DNA of 63,595 bases, the filler included. It is 8 parts of 8 records of this genome, joined end to end, with 100 filler letters (N's around TTAATTAATTAA, not from the genome) between each part and the next. Parts side by side here need not be neighbours in the genome. Positions count along the whole stretch, not along the records: positions 1 to 5,815 come from SRR20825010_6784; positions 5,916 to 16,026 come from SRR20825010_6785; 6 more parts are not named here. The stretch is one strand, 5' to 3'. Positions 1 through 9,647 of the stretch are shown piece by piece. The notes under the pieces were generated by a model that saw only the letters and a program-made list of their open reading frames with translations, did not search any database and was not told the origin of the DNA. A program made the position numbers and the translations under genes. How positions within the stretch are numbered: position 1 is the first letter of the stretch; each line of letters begins with the position of its first letter.

Positions 1-32
1 TTCGGTTTTATAAATGCTTTTATTTCTTTCAT
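1..32 (-). CDS. P-II family protein, N-terminus only (runs off window)
   Basis: Reverse strand reads ATG AAA GAA ATA AAA GCA TTT ATA AAA CCG = MKEIKAFIKP, matching the P-II N-terminal pattern MKxIxAIIKP; co-oriented downstream of the efflux adaptor. Confidence 0.7.
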   Translation of the reverse strand, partial: MKEIKAFIKP

Positions 33-128
33 TGCTGTAATATTAATTTTAGTATTAAGGATGAACCCTCTGGAATTTTAATTAAGACAAACATTTAACA
101 GAGAGTCCATCCATCTAATTTTTTTAAT

Positions 129-1379
129 TTAATGACCATGGGAAGTCTGGCTTTTCTGCATTTCAGAAACCAGATAATAGGCATTATTATAGGCAACCAA
201 CGTACCTTCAGGCAGAGGCTCCAGCAGTTTAATTTCAACCCAACCATCTTCATTTATTCCCGTTCTAACCTGCACTGGTTTCAATTCCCATTCGGTTTCA
301 CCATCTTCCTGGTGTTTTTGGGCCGTAAAGATGTAGGGATTTCCTTCTTCTTCAATTATTGCTTCTTCCGGTAAGGCAGGAACAGCTTCTTCACCGGTCC
401 TGATTTTTCCGTTTATATACATCCCCGGAATTAGAAAATCTTCTTTATTATCGATTTCTGCATGCACATGTACCGCTTTGGGGTTTTGTTCAAATTGTTT
501 CCCCACTGAATAAATTTCCCCGGTTAAATTACTGCCTGGAACCGATTCCAGTGTAAACGCAATCTTTTGGCCTTCTTTCACCTTATAAATATCTTTTTCA
601 AAAACCATTAGATCGGCATGAACATGTTCAGTATCAACTACCATAAACATACTGGTCTGAGGGTCTACATATTGTCCTACCTGTACCAGTACTTTTTCAA
701 TATAACCTCCAATTGGGCTTACTACCGGAATATATTCATATAATTCACCGTCTCTAACCTGGGAAGCATTTAGGTTTAACTGGCGCAATTGCGATTCGTA
801 CCCCCGCACTTCACCTTGTACAGACTGGTAATCTGATTGGGTTTGTTGAAAAGATTTTCCAGATCCTACCTCTGCTTCATATAAACGTTTCTGTCTTTCA
901 AATTCCTTTTCCAAAAATTGCATCCTACTATATGCATTAATATAATCAGACTGCATTCTGGTTAAATTTGGGTGAGAAAGATAAGCCAACACCTGACCTT
1001 TATTTACCTTATCCCCCTCAATAACCTTTATAGAAGTTATATTACCGCCTAAAATTGCCGTAACGGTAGCTTCATATTGTGGCGGCACTTCTAACTGGCC
1101 ATTGGCTTCCACAATACCCGACAAAGCTTTTTTAGGCAAGGTATCTACTTTAATCCCCAGACTATTGAATTTCATTTCTGAAAGATGTACCGAACGCATC
1201 CCACCTTCTTCTTCACCGTGTTCTTCATCTCCTTCCTCACCGTGATTTTCACCTTCTTCGGTATTAGTAGTTGCAGTTTCACTGGAAGCATCTTCCCCTG
1301 CCGCAGGATTTTCTTTACATCCAAAGAATATGCTGAGCGTTAAGGCAAGCATTAGAATATTTATTGATCTTGTATTCAT
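129..1379 (-). CDS. Heavy-metal RND efflux periplasmic adaptor (CzcB/CusB-like lipoprotein)
   Basis: Lipobox FFGC, His/Glu-rich N-terminal linker, lipoyl-like GDKVNKGQVL and SPIGG motifs, LIPGMY, C-terminal HGH; adjacent to CusA/CzcA. Confidence 0.92.
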   Translation of the reverse strand: MNTRSINILMLALTLSIFFGCKENPAAGEDASSETATTNTEEGENHGEEGDEEHGEEEGGMRSVHLSEMKFNSLGIKVDTLPKKALSGIVEANGQLEVPPQYEATVTAILGGNITSIKVIEGDKVNKGQVLAYLSHPNLTRMQSDYINAYSRMQFLEKEFERQKRLYEAEVGSGKSFQQTQSDYQSVQGEVRGYESQLRQLNLNASQVRDGELYEYIPVVSPIGGYIEKVLVQVGQYVDPQTSMFMVVDTEHVHADLMVFEKDIYKVKEGQKIAFTLESVPGSNLTGEIYSVGKQFEQNPKAVHVHAEIDNKEDFLIPGMYINGKIRTGEEAVPALPEEAIIEEEGNPYIFTAQKHQEDGETEWELKPVQVRTGINEDGWVEIKLLEPLPEGTLVAYNNAYYLVSEMQKSQTSHGH

Positions 1380-1401
1380 ATCGATTTTCTTATTTTAATT
1401 T

Positions 1402-4400
1402 TTAATTTGAATTCTTAAGGTAATATTCCAGTTGGTAGCGGCTGTCGAGATAATCGTTAAAAGCACTCCAGGCATTTACCTCGATTCTAATGGCATCTCT
1501 TATATTTTGGAGAAATGTCACATAATCGATAGCGCCTTCCTTAAAGGCCAGCACTGATCCACCTTGTTGCTCTTTGGCCAGCGGAAGTGCTTCATCCCTA
1601 TAATAATTCCATGAGTTTCTCCATTTGATGTAGTCTTCACGCATATTTTTATAGGCGGTTTCCAGTTCGATTTTATCCTGATAAAAGTTTTGCTCTGCAA
1701 TCTGTCTATTTACTTGTGCTTCCTGTGTACGGCCTAATTCCGGCCCAAAAAACAGCGGAATTTGAATTCCTATTTGATATTGGAAGAAACCCGATTGCCC
1801 GGCTATTTCCTGCCTACCGTACTGACCCTGAAATTTGGGCAAAAATTCAGATTTTCGTTCTCTGGTAACCGCTTTGGCAACATCTATCCTTTGTTCCGAA
1901 ACCTGCAGCAACGGATGATTTTCAAGCGACTCTACCAGAAAGTTTAAAGGTTCGTCTAAAGTTTCAACAGGCAAATCTGGTACATCATAGATCGTATCAC
2001 TAACAAACCATAAATTTAGACGCTGTAATGATTTCAGGTAATCTCTATAAGCTTGTTCTAACTGTATTTTCACCTCATTCCCCTGATTTGAAGTAGCAAG
2101 ATACTCCAGTTTAGAGGTAGCTTCTGTTTCATACCTGATTCGTGCTGCTCTTTCAATGTCTTCAAAAATTGAATCCATTTTCTTATATACCCGATACCTC
2201 TTTTTACTTGTATAAACTGAAGCCCAGGCCCTGCTTACTTCACGTTCCACTTCTAAGGTATTTAGTTCTAAAGCATTTTCAGCAAGGGCCACCCTTTCTT
2301 TCTGTAATTTCAAACGGGGAGCTATTCCAAAAACATCTATGCCTTGTTGTTGAACACCAATTTGGGTATAGATCCCATCAGAGCCATTTCCTACCTCTTC
2401 TTTTCCTGTAAAGATTTGGGTATTCCCAAAATCATAGGCGGTTTTACGCAATACTTCCTCACTTTCAATTTCAAGTTGGGCAGCTTTTAATTGTGGAAAG
2501 TTTTGGATTGCCATTTCTTTAGCCTCTTCCAAACTAATAGTTTGTAAAGAATCCTGTATTGGATTTTCCGATGACATTTCATCAGATTGTGCATTTACGG
2601 AAAAGGTTCCGCCTAACATCAAGCCAATTATCAAAATTGTGGCTAAAGATCGTGAATTGGAAGAACCAAGCTTGTTCTGTTCCTTTTTCTCTCGTCTCTT
2701 CTCTACAAATGTATAAAGGACAGGAAGAACAACCAGCGTAAGTAAGGTAGCTGTAAGCATGCCACCAATAACAACCGTAGCAAGGGGTCGTTGTACTTCA
2801 GCTCCTGCTGACGATGAAAAAGCCATCGGCAGAAATCCAAAAATATCTGTTGTTGCTGTTAACATAATGGGACGTATTCGTTCTTTGGTTCCTGTAAAAA
2901 TTCTATCTTTTATACTGGTTACCCCTTCTTCTTTTAAGGAATTAAACCTGTTAATAAGCACCAGCCCGTTTAAAACGGCAACCCCAAACAATACAATGAA
3001 GCCTACACCAGCTGAAATACTAAACGGCATATCTCTTAACCAAAGAGCAAATATTCCTCCAATAGCCGCCAGTGGAATGGCTATATAGATCATAATTGAT
3101 TGGGAAAAAGATTGGAGTGCAAAGTACAGAAGCACGAATATCAGAAATAGAGCGATGGGCACTACTATTTGTAAACGCCCTTTTGCTCTTTGAAGGTTTT
3201 CAAACTCCCCACCATAAGTAATGTAATATCCTGGAGGTAAATCTAACTCTTCATCCAATTTTTGCTGGATGTCATTTACCACAGATTCCACATCCCTCCC
3301 GCGGGCATTAACTCCCACATAGGTTCTTCTAAAGGTGTTATCCCTGGAAATTTGCATAGGGCCCGGTACATAACTAATATCAGCTACTTCCTTAATCGGA
3401 ACCTGAGTGCCATCCGGCAGATCTATATAGAGGGTACGTAAATCATCAATGCTTTGGCGGTGCGCCTCATCAAAACGTATTACCATATCAAACCGCTTTT
3501 CCCCTTCAAAGATCACTCCGGCCGTTCCTCCAGCAAAAGCTGCACTTATATAATCGTTAATCTTTTCAATGTCCAATCCATATTGCGCAATTTTTTTACG
3601 ATTAAACCGCACCGTCATTTGTGGAAGACCAGATGTTCGTTCAGGGTTCACATCTCCTACGCCCGGTATAGTCTGTATTATTTCAGCCATTTTATCAGCT
3701 TTTTCAGCAAGAAGGTCTAAATCTTCACCATATAATTTTACCGCAACATCTTCCCTGACCCCGGTAAGCAGTTCATTAAAACGAAGCTCTACAGGCTGGC
3801 TAAAAACCAGGTTGACTCCCGTAAGTTCTTCATTAAGTTTCTCTTTGATCTTTTCTATCAATTCCTCTTTAGAACTTGCCGAAGTCCAATTATCCATATC
3901 CTTCTCTAATACAATAAACATATCGGCAATATCCATAGGCATTGGATCAGTAGGGATATCGGCAACCCCAATCCTCGCTACGGCGGTTTCTACTTCCGGG
4001 AAATTCTCAAGAAGGATATCTTCTATTTTTGTGGAAACATCAATTGCTTCACTCAAACCACTTCCAGGTCTTATTAAAGCCTGCATGGCGATATCCCCTT
4101 CATCAAGTTGAGGGACAAATTCCCCTCCCATTCTGGAAAAGATAAAACCGGCTACTATAAGTGAGACAACCGCAGACCCCAATACTATGAACTTCAATCT
4201 TAAAGCTCCTTTTAATAAAGGCATGTATCCTTTTTGAATCCCTCCAATAATTTTATCACTAACTTTTTCCAGCCAGCGTTCAAACTTTCCAAACCAGTTC
4301 TTTTTATTCTGAATTGGTTTCATAAATAAAGCAGACATCATAGGGACATAGGTAAGGCATAAGAAAATAGCACCTATCATGGCAAAACCAAAAGTAAATG

Positions 4401-5815
4401 CCATTGGCCGAAACATTTTCCCTTCTACCCCCGTAAGAAAAAGAATGGGCGCAAATACGATAAGAATGATAATTTGTCCAAAAAAGGCGGAACCCATCAT
4501 CGTACTTCCGGCATCATAGGCTACTTCATCCATTTTAGCCTTATTAAATTTTATTTTGCCGGAACGCATCCGTTTTTGTATTTCATATACCGTACCCTCA
4601 ATGATGATCACAGCACCGTCTATAATAATTCCAAAGTCAATAGCTCCCAAACTCATTAGATTGGCCCAGACATTAAATTGCTTCATTAATATAAAAGCAA
4701 AAAGAAGTGATAAAGGAATGGTAGTCGCTGTTATAAGTCCACCTCTTAAGCTACCTAATAGTATCACCAGGGCAAAAATCACGATTAAAGCACCTTCCAG
4801 AAGATTCTGGGTCACGGTACTCGTAGTTCTTTCAATTAAAACACTTCTGTCAAGAAAGGGTTCTATTGATAAACCTTCAGGCAAAGATTGTTCTACCGTC
4901 TCCATACGATCCTGAACATTTGCAATTACTTTATTAGGATTTGCACCTTTCAACATGAGCACCATACCGCCAACAGCTTCACGGCCGTCCTGGGTAAAAG
5001 CACCATAGCGTACCTGGCTACCAAACTGGACCTCTTCAGCTGCATCTCCAATTGTTACAGGTACTCCATTTTCATTCTTGATAACAATAGATTTTATATC
5101 ATCTAGTGACCTGATTAAACCCTCACCACGGATAAAATTGGCCATATTATTTTTTTCTATATATGCACCGCCTGTATTAACATTATTTTTTTGCAGGGCA
5201 TCGAAGACTTGGGAAATAGAAACGTTTAACGCATTCAGTTTTTCGGGATTAATGGCAATTTCATATTGTTTTATAGAGCCCCCAAATGAATTTACCTCTA
5301 CTACACCTTCGACGAGGGTCATTTGACGCTTTACGATCCAATCCTGGATGGTACGCAATTCCGTAGGGGAATAAACAGTGTCATACTCTTTTTGGGGCTT
5401 TATCGTATATTGATAAATCTCACCCAAACCTGTAGTAATGGGCCCCATAGCGGGACTTCCAAATTTTTCAGGTATTTGGTCCCTGACTTCGTTCAGTTTT
5501 TCCTGAACCAGTTGACGGGGTTTGTAAATGCCCATATCGTCCTCAAAAACAATTGTAACCACGGAAAGGCCAAACCGGGAAACAGATCGTATTTCAGTAA
5601 CCCCGGGCAGGTTCCCCATGGAAAGTTCTACGGGGTAGGTCACAAATTGTTCAATATCTTCTGTGGCAAGGTTAGGGGACTGGGTGATCACCTGAACCTG
5701 GTTGTTAGTAATATCTGGTACCGATCCCAGGTTGACGGTCATCATGGACCAAATACCCGTCCCTATCAGCGCTAAGGTAAGTAGTCCAATAATAAATTTA
5801 TTATTAATGGAAAAT
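1402..5815 (-). CDS. CusA/CzcA heavy-metal RND transporter fused to a C-terminal TolC-like domain (5' truncated at contig edge)
   Basis: PDITNNQVQVIT, GAIDFGIIIDG, RIRPIMLTA and AEVQRPLATVVIGG motifs; about 400 extra C-terminal residues with outer-membrane efflux character; frame stays open upstream of 5745 (FSINNKFII...). Confidence 0.93.
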
Positions 5816-5915
5816 NNNNNNNNNNNNNNNNNNNNNNNNNNNNNNNNNNNNNNNNNNNNTTAATTAATTAANNNNNNNNNNNNNNNNNNNNNNNNNNNNN
5901 NNNNNNNNNNNNNNN
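5816..5915. other. Artificial contig spacer (N run with TTAATTAATTAA); six more at 16027, 27422, 34370, 44767, 50291 and 57389
   Basis: Identical 100-nt structure seven times; genes are truncated on both sides and base composition changes across several spacers. Confidence 0.99.
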
Positions 5916-6066
5916 CTTTAGGCTTTAGGCTTTAGGCAAAAAAATTGTTATTCGTTATTCGTTAATAGTTATTTGTTAATTGTTAATTGTTATTGGTTAA
6001 TAGTTATTGGTTAATATCTCTGTCTTTTATATTGAATTTTTCAACTTTCAACTTCCGACTTCCGTC
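5916..6066. repeat. Three blocks of degenerate 7-bp tandem repeats
   Basis: CTTTAGG x3 (5916-5936), TNGTTAW x10 (5945-6014), TTTCAAC/TTCCGAC-type x4 (6039-6066). Confidence 0.9.
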
Positions 6067-6143
6067 TCCTTCAACCCCAAGTCAATTGTTAATAATTAAA
6101 TACAAAATCCATAGTAAAAATGAGATTATAAAGTTTCAATTTT

Positions 6144-6151
6144 TATCTTTG
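6144..6151 (+). promoter_or_regulatory. Bacteroidota sigma-A -7 element (TAnnTTTG) for dnaX
   Basis: TATCTTTG lies 5 nt before the dnaX ATG. Confidence 0.6.
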
Positions 6152-6156
6152 TTACA

Positions 6157-7878
6157 ATGGAACACTTTGTAGTATCTGCTCGCAAATATAGACCCAAAAC
6201 TTTTAAAGATGTGGTAGGCCAACAGGCTATTACCAATACTTTATTAAACGCTATTGATAATAATCATTTAGCGCAAGCTCTTTTATTTTGTGGTCCTCGT
6301 GGAGTTGGAAAGACGACTTGTGCCCGTATTTTGGCAAAAAAAATTAATGATGATGGCACACATGCCGAAGATGAAGATTTTGCCTTCAATGTTTTTGAGC
6401 TCGATGCCGCTTCTAACAATTCCGTAGATGATATTAGGAGCCTTATCGATCAAGTTAGGATTCCACCTCAAGTTGGCAAATACAAAGTATATATAATTGA
6501 TGAGGTGCATATGCTTTCTCAGGCAGCTTTTAATGCGTTTCTTAAAACATTGGAAGAGCCGCCAAAACATGCTATTTTTATTTTAGCTACCACAGAAAAG
6601 CATAAAATTATCCCGACTATATTATCGCGTTGTCAAATATTTGATTTTAAGCGAATTACTGTTAAAGACGCTAAAGAATATTTACATTATATTGCAGAAA
6701 ATCAAGGGATTGAAGCCGAAGACGATGCACTACACATTATTGCTCAAAAGGCAGATGGTGCCATGCGAGATGCGCTTTCCATATTTGATAGAGTGGTAAG
6801 TTTTGCTGGAAAAAATTTGAGTCGCCAAGCAGTTACAGAAAATCTAAATGTATTAGACTATCAGACTTATTTTGAAGCTACCGATTTAATTCTGGACGGT
6901 GATATCCCAAAGCTGCTAGTCGATTTTAATAAAATATTATCGCTAGGTTTTGATGGTCATCATTTTATTGCTGGCTTAGCATCCCATTTTAGAGACCTTT
7001 TAGTTTGCCAAAATGAAGCTACTATCCCACTATTAGAAGTTGGAGACGAAGCAAAACAAAAATATCTCGAGCAAAGTAAAAAAGCTCCCCGAGAATTTTT
7101 ATTAAAAGGGATTGAAATTGCCAATACATGCGACCTTAATTACCGAAGTAGTAGGAATCAGCGATTACTTGTTGAACTTAGTCTTATGAAACTCGCCTCC
7201 ATCACTCACGATGGAGAAAAAAAAAAAGGTAGCAATTACATAATTCCACCATCATTTTATCGAGTTACATCAAAAGAAACAACTAATAAAGTTCCGCAGA
7301 AGGTATCTACAACTGAAAATAAACCAGCAGAAACTTCAGTAGAAAAAAAAGCGGTAAAAGATGCTGAAGAAAAAAAACCAGAAGCCCCAAAGGTAAACAT
7401 CAATTTAAAAAATAAAAGTAGCGTTTCTGGACTTTCACTTTCAAGTATTAAGAAAAAGAAAGCACATGAACTAGCCAAAAAGAATCATGTTGTAGACGAA
7501 GCAAACCTTCCAGAAGATCCTTTTGATGAGCCAACAATGCAAAAACATTGGGATGATTATGTGAAAAAAATTGACAACGAAGGAAAAAAAATATTAGGTT
7601 CGGCATTAGGTTCTGATACGCCTAGATTAAAAGGAAAAAATACAATTTGGATTGAACTCGCTAATGACACGTTAAAAAAAGAGGTAGAAAGAGATCAATA
7701 TCCGTTAATGGAATACCTAAAAGAGCATCTTAACAATTACCATATTGAGCTTTATATTACCATTAATGAAGAAGTAGCAAAACAATATGCTTTTACTCCA
7801 CAAGAAAAATACGAAAAACTTAGAGAGAAAAATCCGCTTATAGACCGCTTACGAATGGAGTTTGATTTAGATGTTTAA
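6157..7878 (+). CDS. dnaX: DNA polymerase III subunit gamma/tau
   Basis: ARKYRP, Walker A GPRGVGKTT, ELDAASN, DEVHML and SRC motifs. Confidence 0.97.
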   Translation: MEHFVVSARKYRPKTFKDVVGQQAITNTLLNAIDNNHLAQALLFCGPRGVGKTTCARILAKKINDDGTHAEDEDFAFNVFELDAASNNSVDDIRSLIDQVRIPPQVGKYKVYIIDEVHMLSQAAFNAFLKTLEEPPKHAIFILATTEKHKIIPTILSRCQIFDFKRITVKDAKEYLHYIAENQGIEAEDDALHIIAQKADGAMRDALSIFDRVVSFAGKNLSRQAVTENLNVLDYQTYFEATDLILDGDIPKLLVDFNKILSLGFDGHHFIAGLASHFRDLLVCQNEATIPLLEVGDEAKQKYLEQSKKAPREFLLKGIEIANTCDLNYRSSRNQRLLVELSLMKLASITHDGEKKKGSNYIIPPSFYRVTSKETTNKVPQKVSTTENKPAETSVEKKAVKDAEEKKPEAPKVNINLKNKSSVSGLSLSSIKKKKAHELAKKNHVVDEANLPEDPFDEPTMQKHWDDYVKKIDNEGKKILGSALGSDTPRLKGKNTIWIELANDTLKKEVERDQYPLMEYLKEHLNNYHIELYITINEEVAKQYAFTPQEKYEKLREKNPLIDRLRMEFDLDV

Positions 7879-8044
7879 GCCCACTACAACGAAAAATTTG
7901 TCAACTCAATTTCTCTATTCTCTAATCAATCTACTTTAAACAAAACTAAATAGGCTTTCAGTAATTAAACCTTCTATAAGAGATAAACTTTCTACAACCT
8001 TATAAAGTTAGTATATTTGCAATTCATTTAAATGAAATTAGATT

Positions 8045-8626
8045 ATGCTCGGTTTGAAACTCCCAACAGATCCTAGATGGGTTAATATCGTTGAAAAAAA
8101 TTTAGAGGAAATCCTTACTGACCATGCTTTTTGTGAGCAAAAAGCTACAAGCACAGCTATTTCATTTATAGTTCTATTTCCAGAGTATACCGATATTGTA
8201 CAAGAAATGACAGCTTTGGTAAAAGAAGAAATAAGTCATTTTAAAATGGTACACGATAAAATAATCGAACGAGGTTGGGTTCTTGGTCGCGATCGAAAAG
8301 ATGAATACGTAAACCGCTTAATGACATTTTTTCCAAAAGGAGGAAGCAGAACTACTTTTTTGGTTCATAAACTCCTATATGCCGCATTAATAGAAGCCAG
8401 AAGCTGTGAACGCTTTAGACTTTTATCTGAAAATTTAGAAGACGAAGAACTACGTACTTTCTATAGAAATTTGATGGTAAGCGAAGCAAACCATTACACT
8501 ATGTTTTTACAATTTGCCAGAAAATACGGAGGCGAAACAGAAACTAACAAAAAATGGCAAGCCCTTTTAGGTTTTGAAGCTGAAATAATGAAAGACCTCG
8601 GCAAAAAGGAGACTATTCATGGTTAA
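8045..8626 (+). CDS. miaE: tRNA-(ms2io6A) hydroxylase, ferritin-like di-iron protein
   Basis: DHAFCEQKA, EEISHF, LIEARSCERF and SEANHY motifs. Confidence 0.9.
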   Translation: MLGLKLPTDPRWVNIVEKNLEEILTDHAFCEQKATSTAISFIVLFPEYTDIVQEMTALVKEEISHFKMVHDKIIERGWVLGRDRKDEYVNRLMTFFPKGGSRTTFLVHKLLYAALIEARSCERFRLLSENLEDEELRTFYRNLMVSEANHYTMFLQFARKYGGETETNKKWQALLGFEAEIMKDLGKKETIHG

Positions 8627-8720
8627 GACTTTATCATAATTACAATTTTTTCTACCTAACAGCGTAAGCGGTCTTATATCTTTATTCAGACTCTAATAGG
8701 TTTAAATAATCTTTTACTTT

Positions 8721-9635
8721 TTACTGAATTAAAGGCATATTTTTTTCTTTTTCAGTATTATAAAGCAGTTTTATAATTCCATCAGACAAGCCTATTTTAG
8801 GAACATGAATTTTCTTAGCTCCGCTCCATTTTGAAGCATTTAAATAAATTCGGGATGCAGGAATAATTACATCTGCACGATCTGGATTTAGCCCTAATTC
8901 GGAAATCCTATCTTCATAACTCATTTCTTGAAGAAATTGGTACTGTGCATTTAAATAAATATAAGATAACGGCTCTCCAGGCTTTCTACCTGACATTTTA
9001 AAGAGTTTATTGATATTTCCGCCAGAACCAATTATTTCTATGCTCTTGTACTTTTTGGAATGATTTTTTATCCATTTCTCAATATCCTTCCAAGTTTCCG
9101 CAGAAATCATTTCGTTAAGTAAGCGTACAGTTCCTATTTTATATGACTTTGAGGCTACAATCTTACTATCACTAAAAATGGTAAACTCGGTACTCCCCCC
9201 TCCTACATCAATATATAAATACGTCTTATCTTTTTCTATTAAAGTATGTAAATCTGTAGATGCAATAATAGCTGCCTCTTTTTTACCATCTATAATTTCT
9301 ATCTCAATGCCAGACTTCCTCTTAATAGTTTCTACCAACTCATTTCCATTGTTAGCCTCTCTCATAGCCGATGTAGCACAAGCCATATATTTTTCTACTC
9401 CATGAACTTTCATTAGTAATTTAAAGGACTTCATAGCATCTATCATTCTTTCACAGTTTTGCTTTGAAATCTCTCCCACTGTAAAAGAGTCCTGTCCCAA
9501 TCTTACAGGCACTCGCACTAAAGAGCTTTTTTTAAACTGAGTATCTTTAAATTCATACTCAATTACGTTATTTATCAATAATCTAATTGCATTCGATCCA
9601 ATATCTATAGCGGCAAACTTCCTTATTTTCAACAT
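8721..9635 (-). CDS. ppx: Exopolyphosphatase, Ppx/GppA family
   Basis: AAIDIGSNAIRL, ATSAMREA and DVGGGSTE; directly downstream of ppk1. Confidence 0.93.
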   Translation of the reverse strand: MLKIRKFAAIDIGSNAIRLLINNVIEYEFKDTQFKKSSLVRVPVRLGQDSFTVGEISKQNCERMIDAMKSFKLLMKVHGVEKYMACATSAMREANNGNELVETIKRKSGIEIEIIDGKKEAAIIASTDLHTLIEKDKTYLYIDVGGGSTEFTIFSDSKIVASKSYKIGTVRLLNEMISAETWKDIEKWIKNHSKKYKSIEIIGSGGNINKLFKMSGRKPGEPLSYIYLNAQYQFLQEMSYEDRISELGLNPDRADVIIPASRIYLNASKWSGAKKIHVPKIGLSDGIIKLLYNTEKEKNMPLIQ

Positions 9636-9647
9636 ACAAACTCTTTA

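Noticed and set aside
1402-2600. CusA-TolC fusion as a novelty
   Set aside because: Real, but a common architecture in Bacteroidota.
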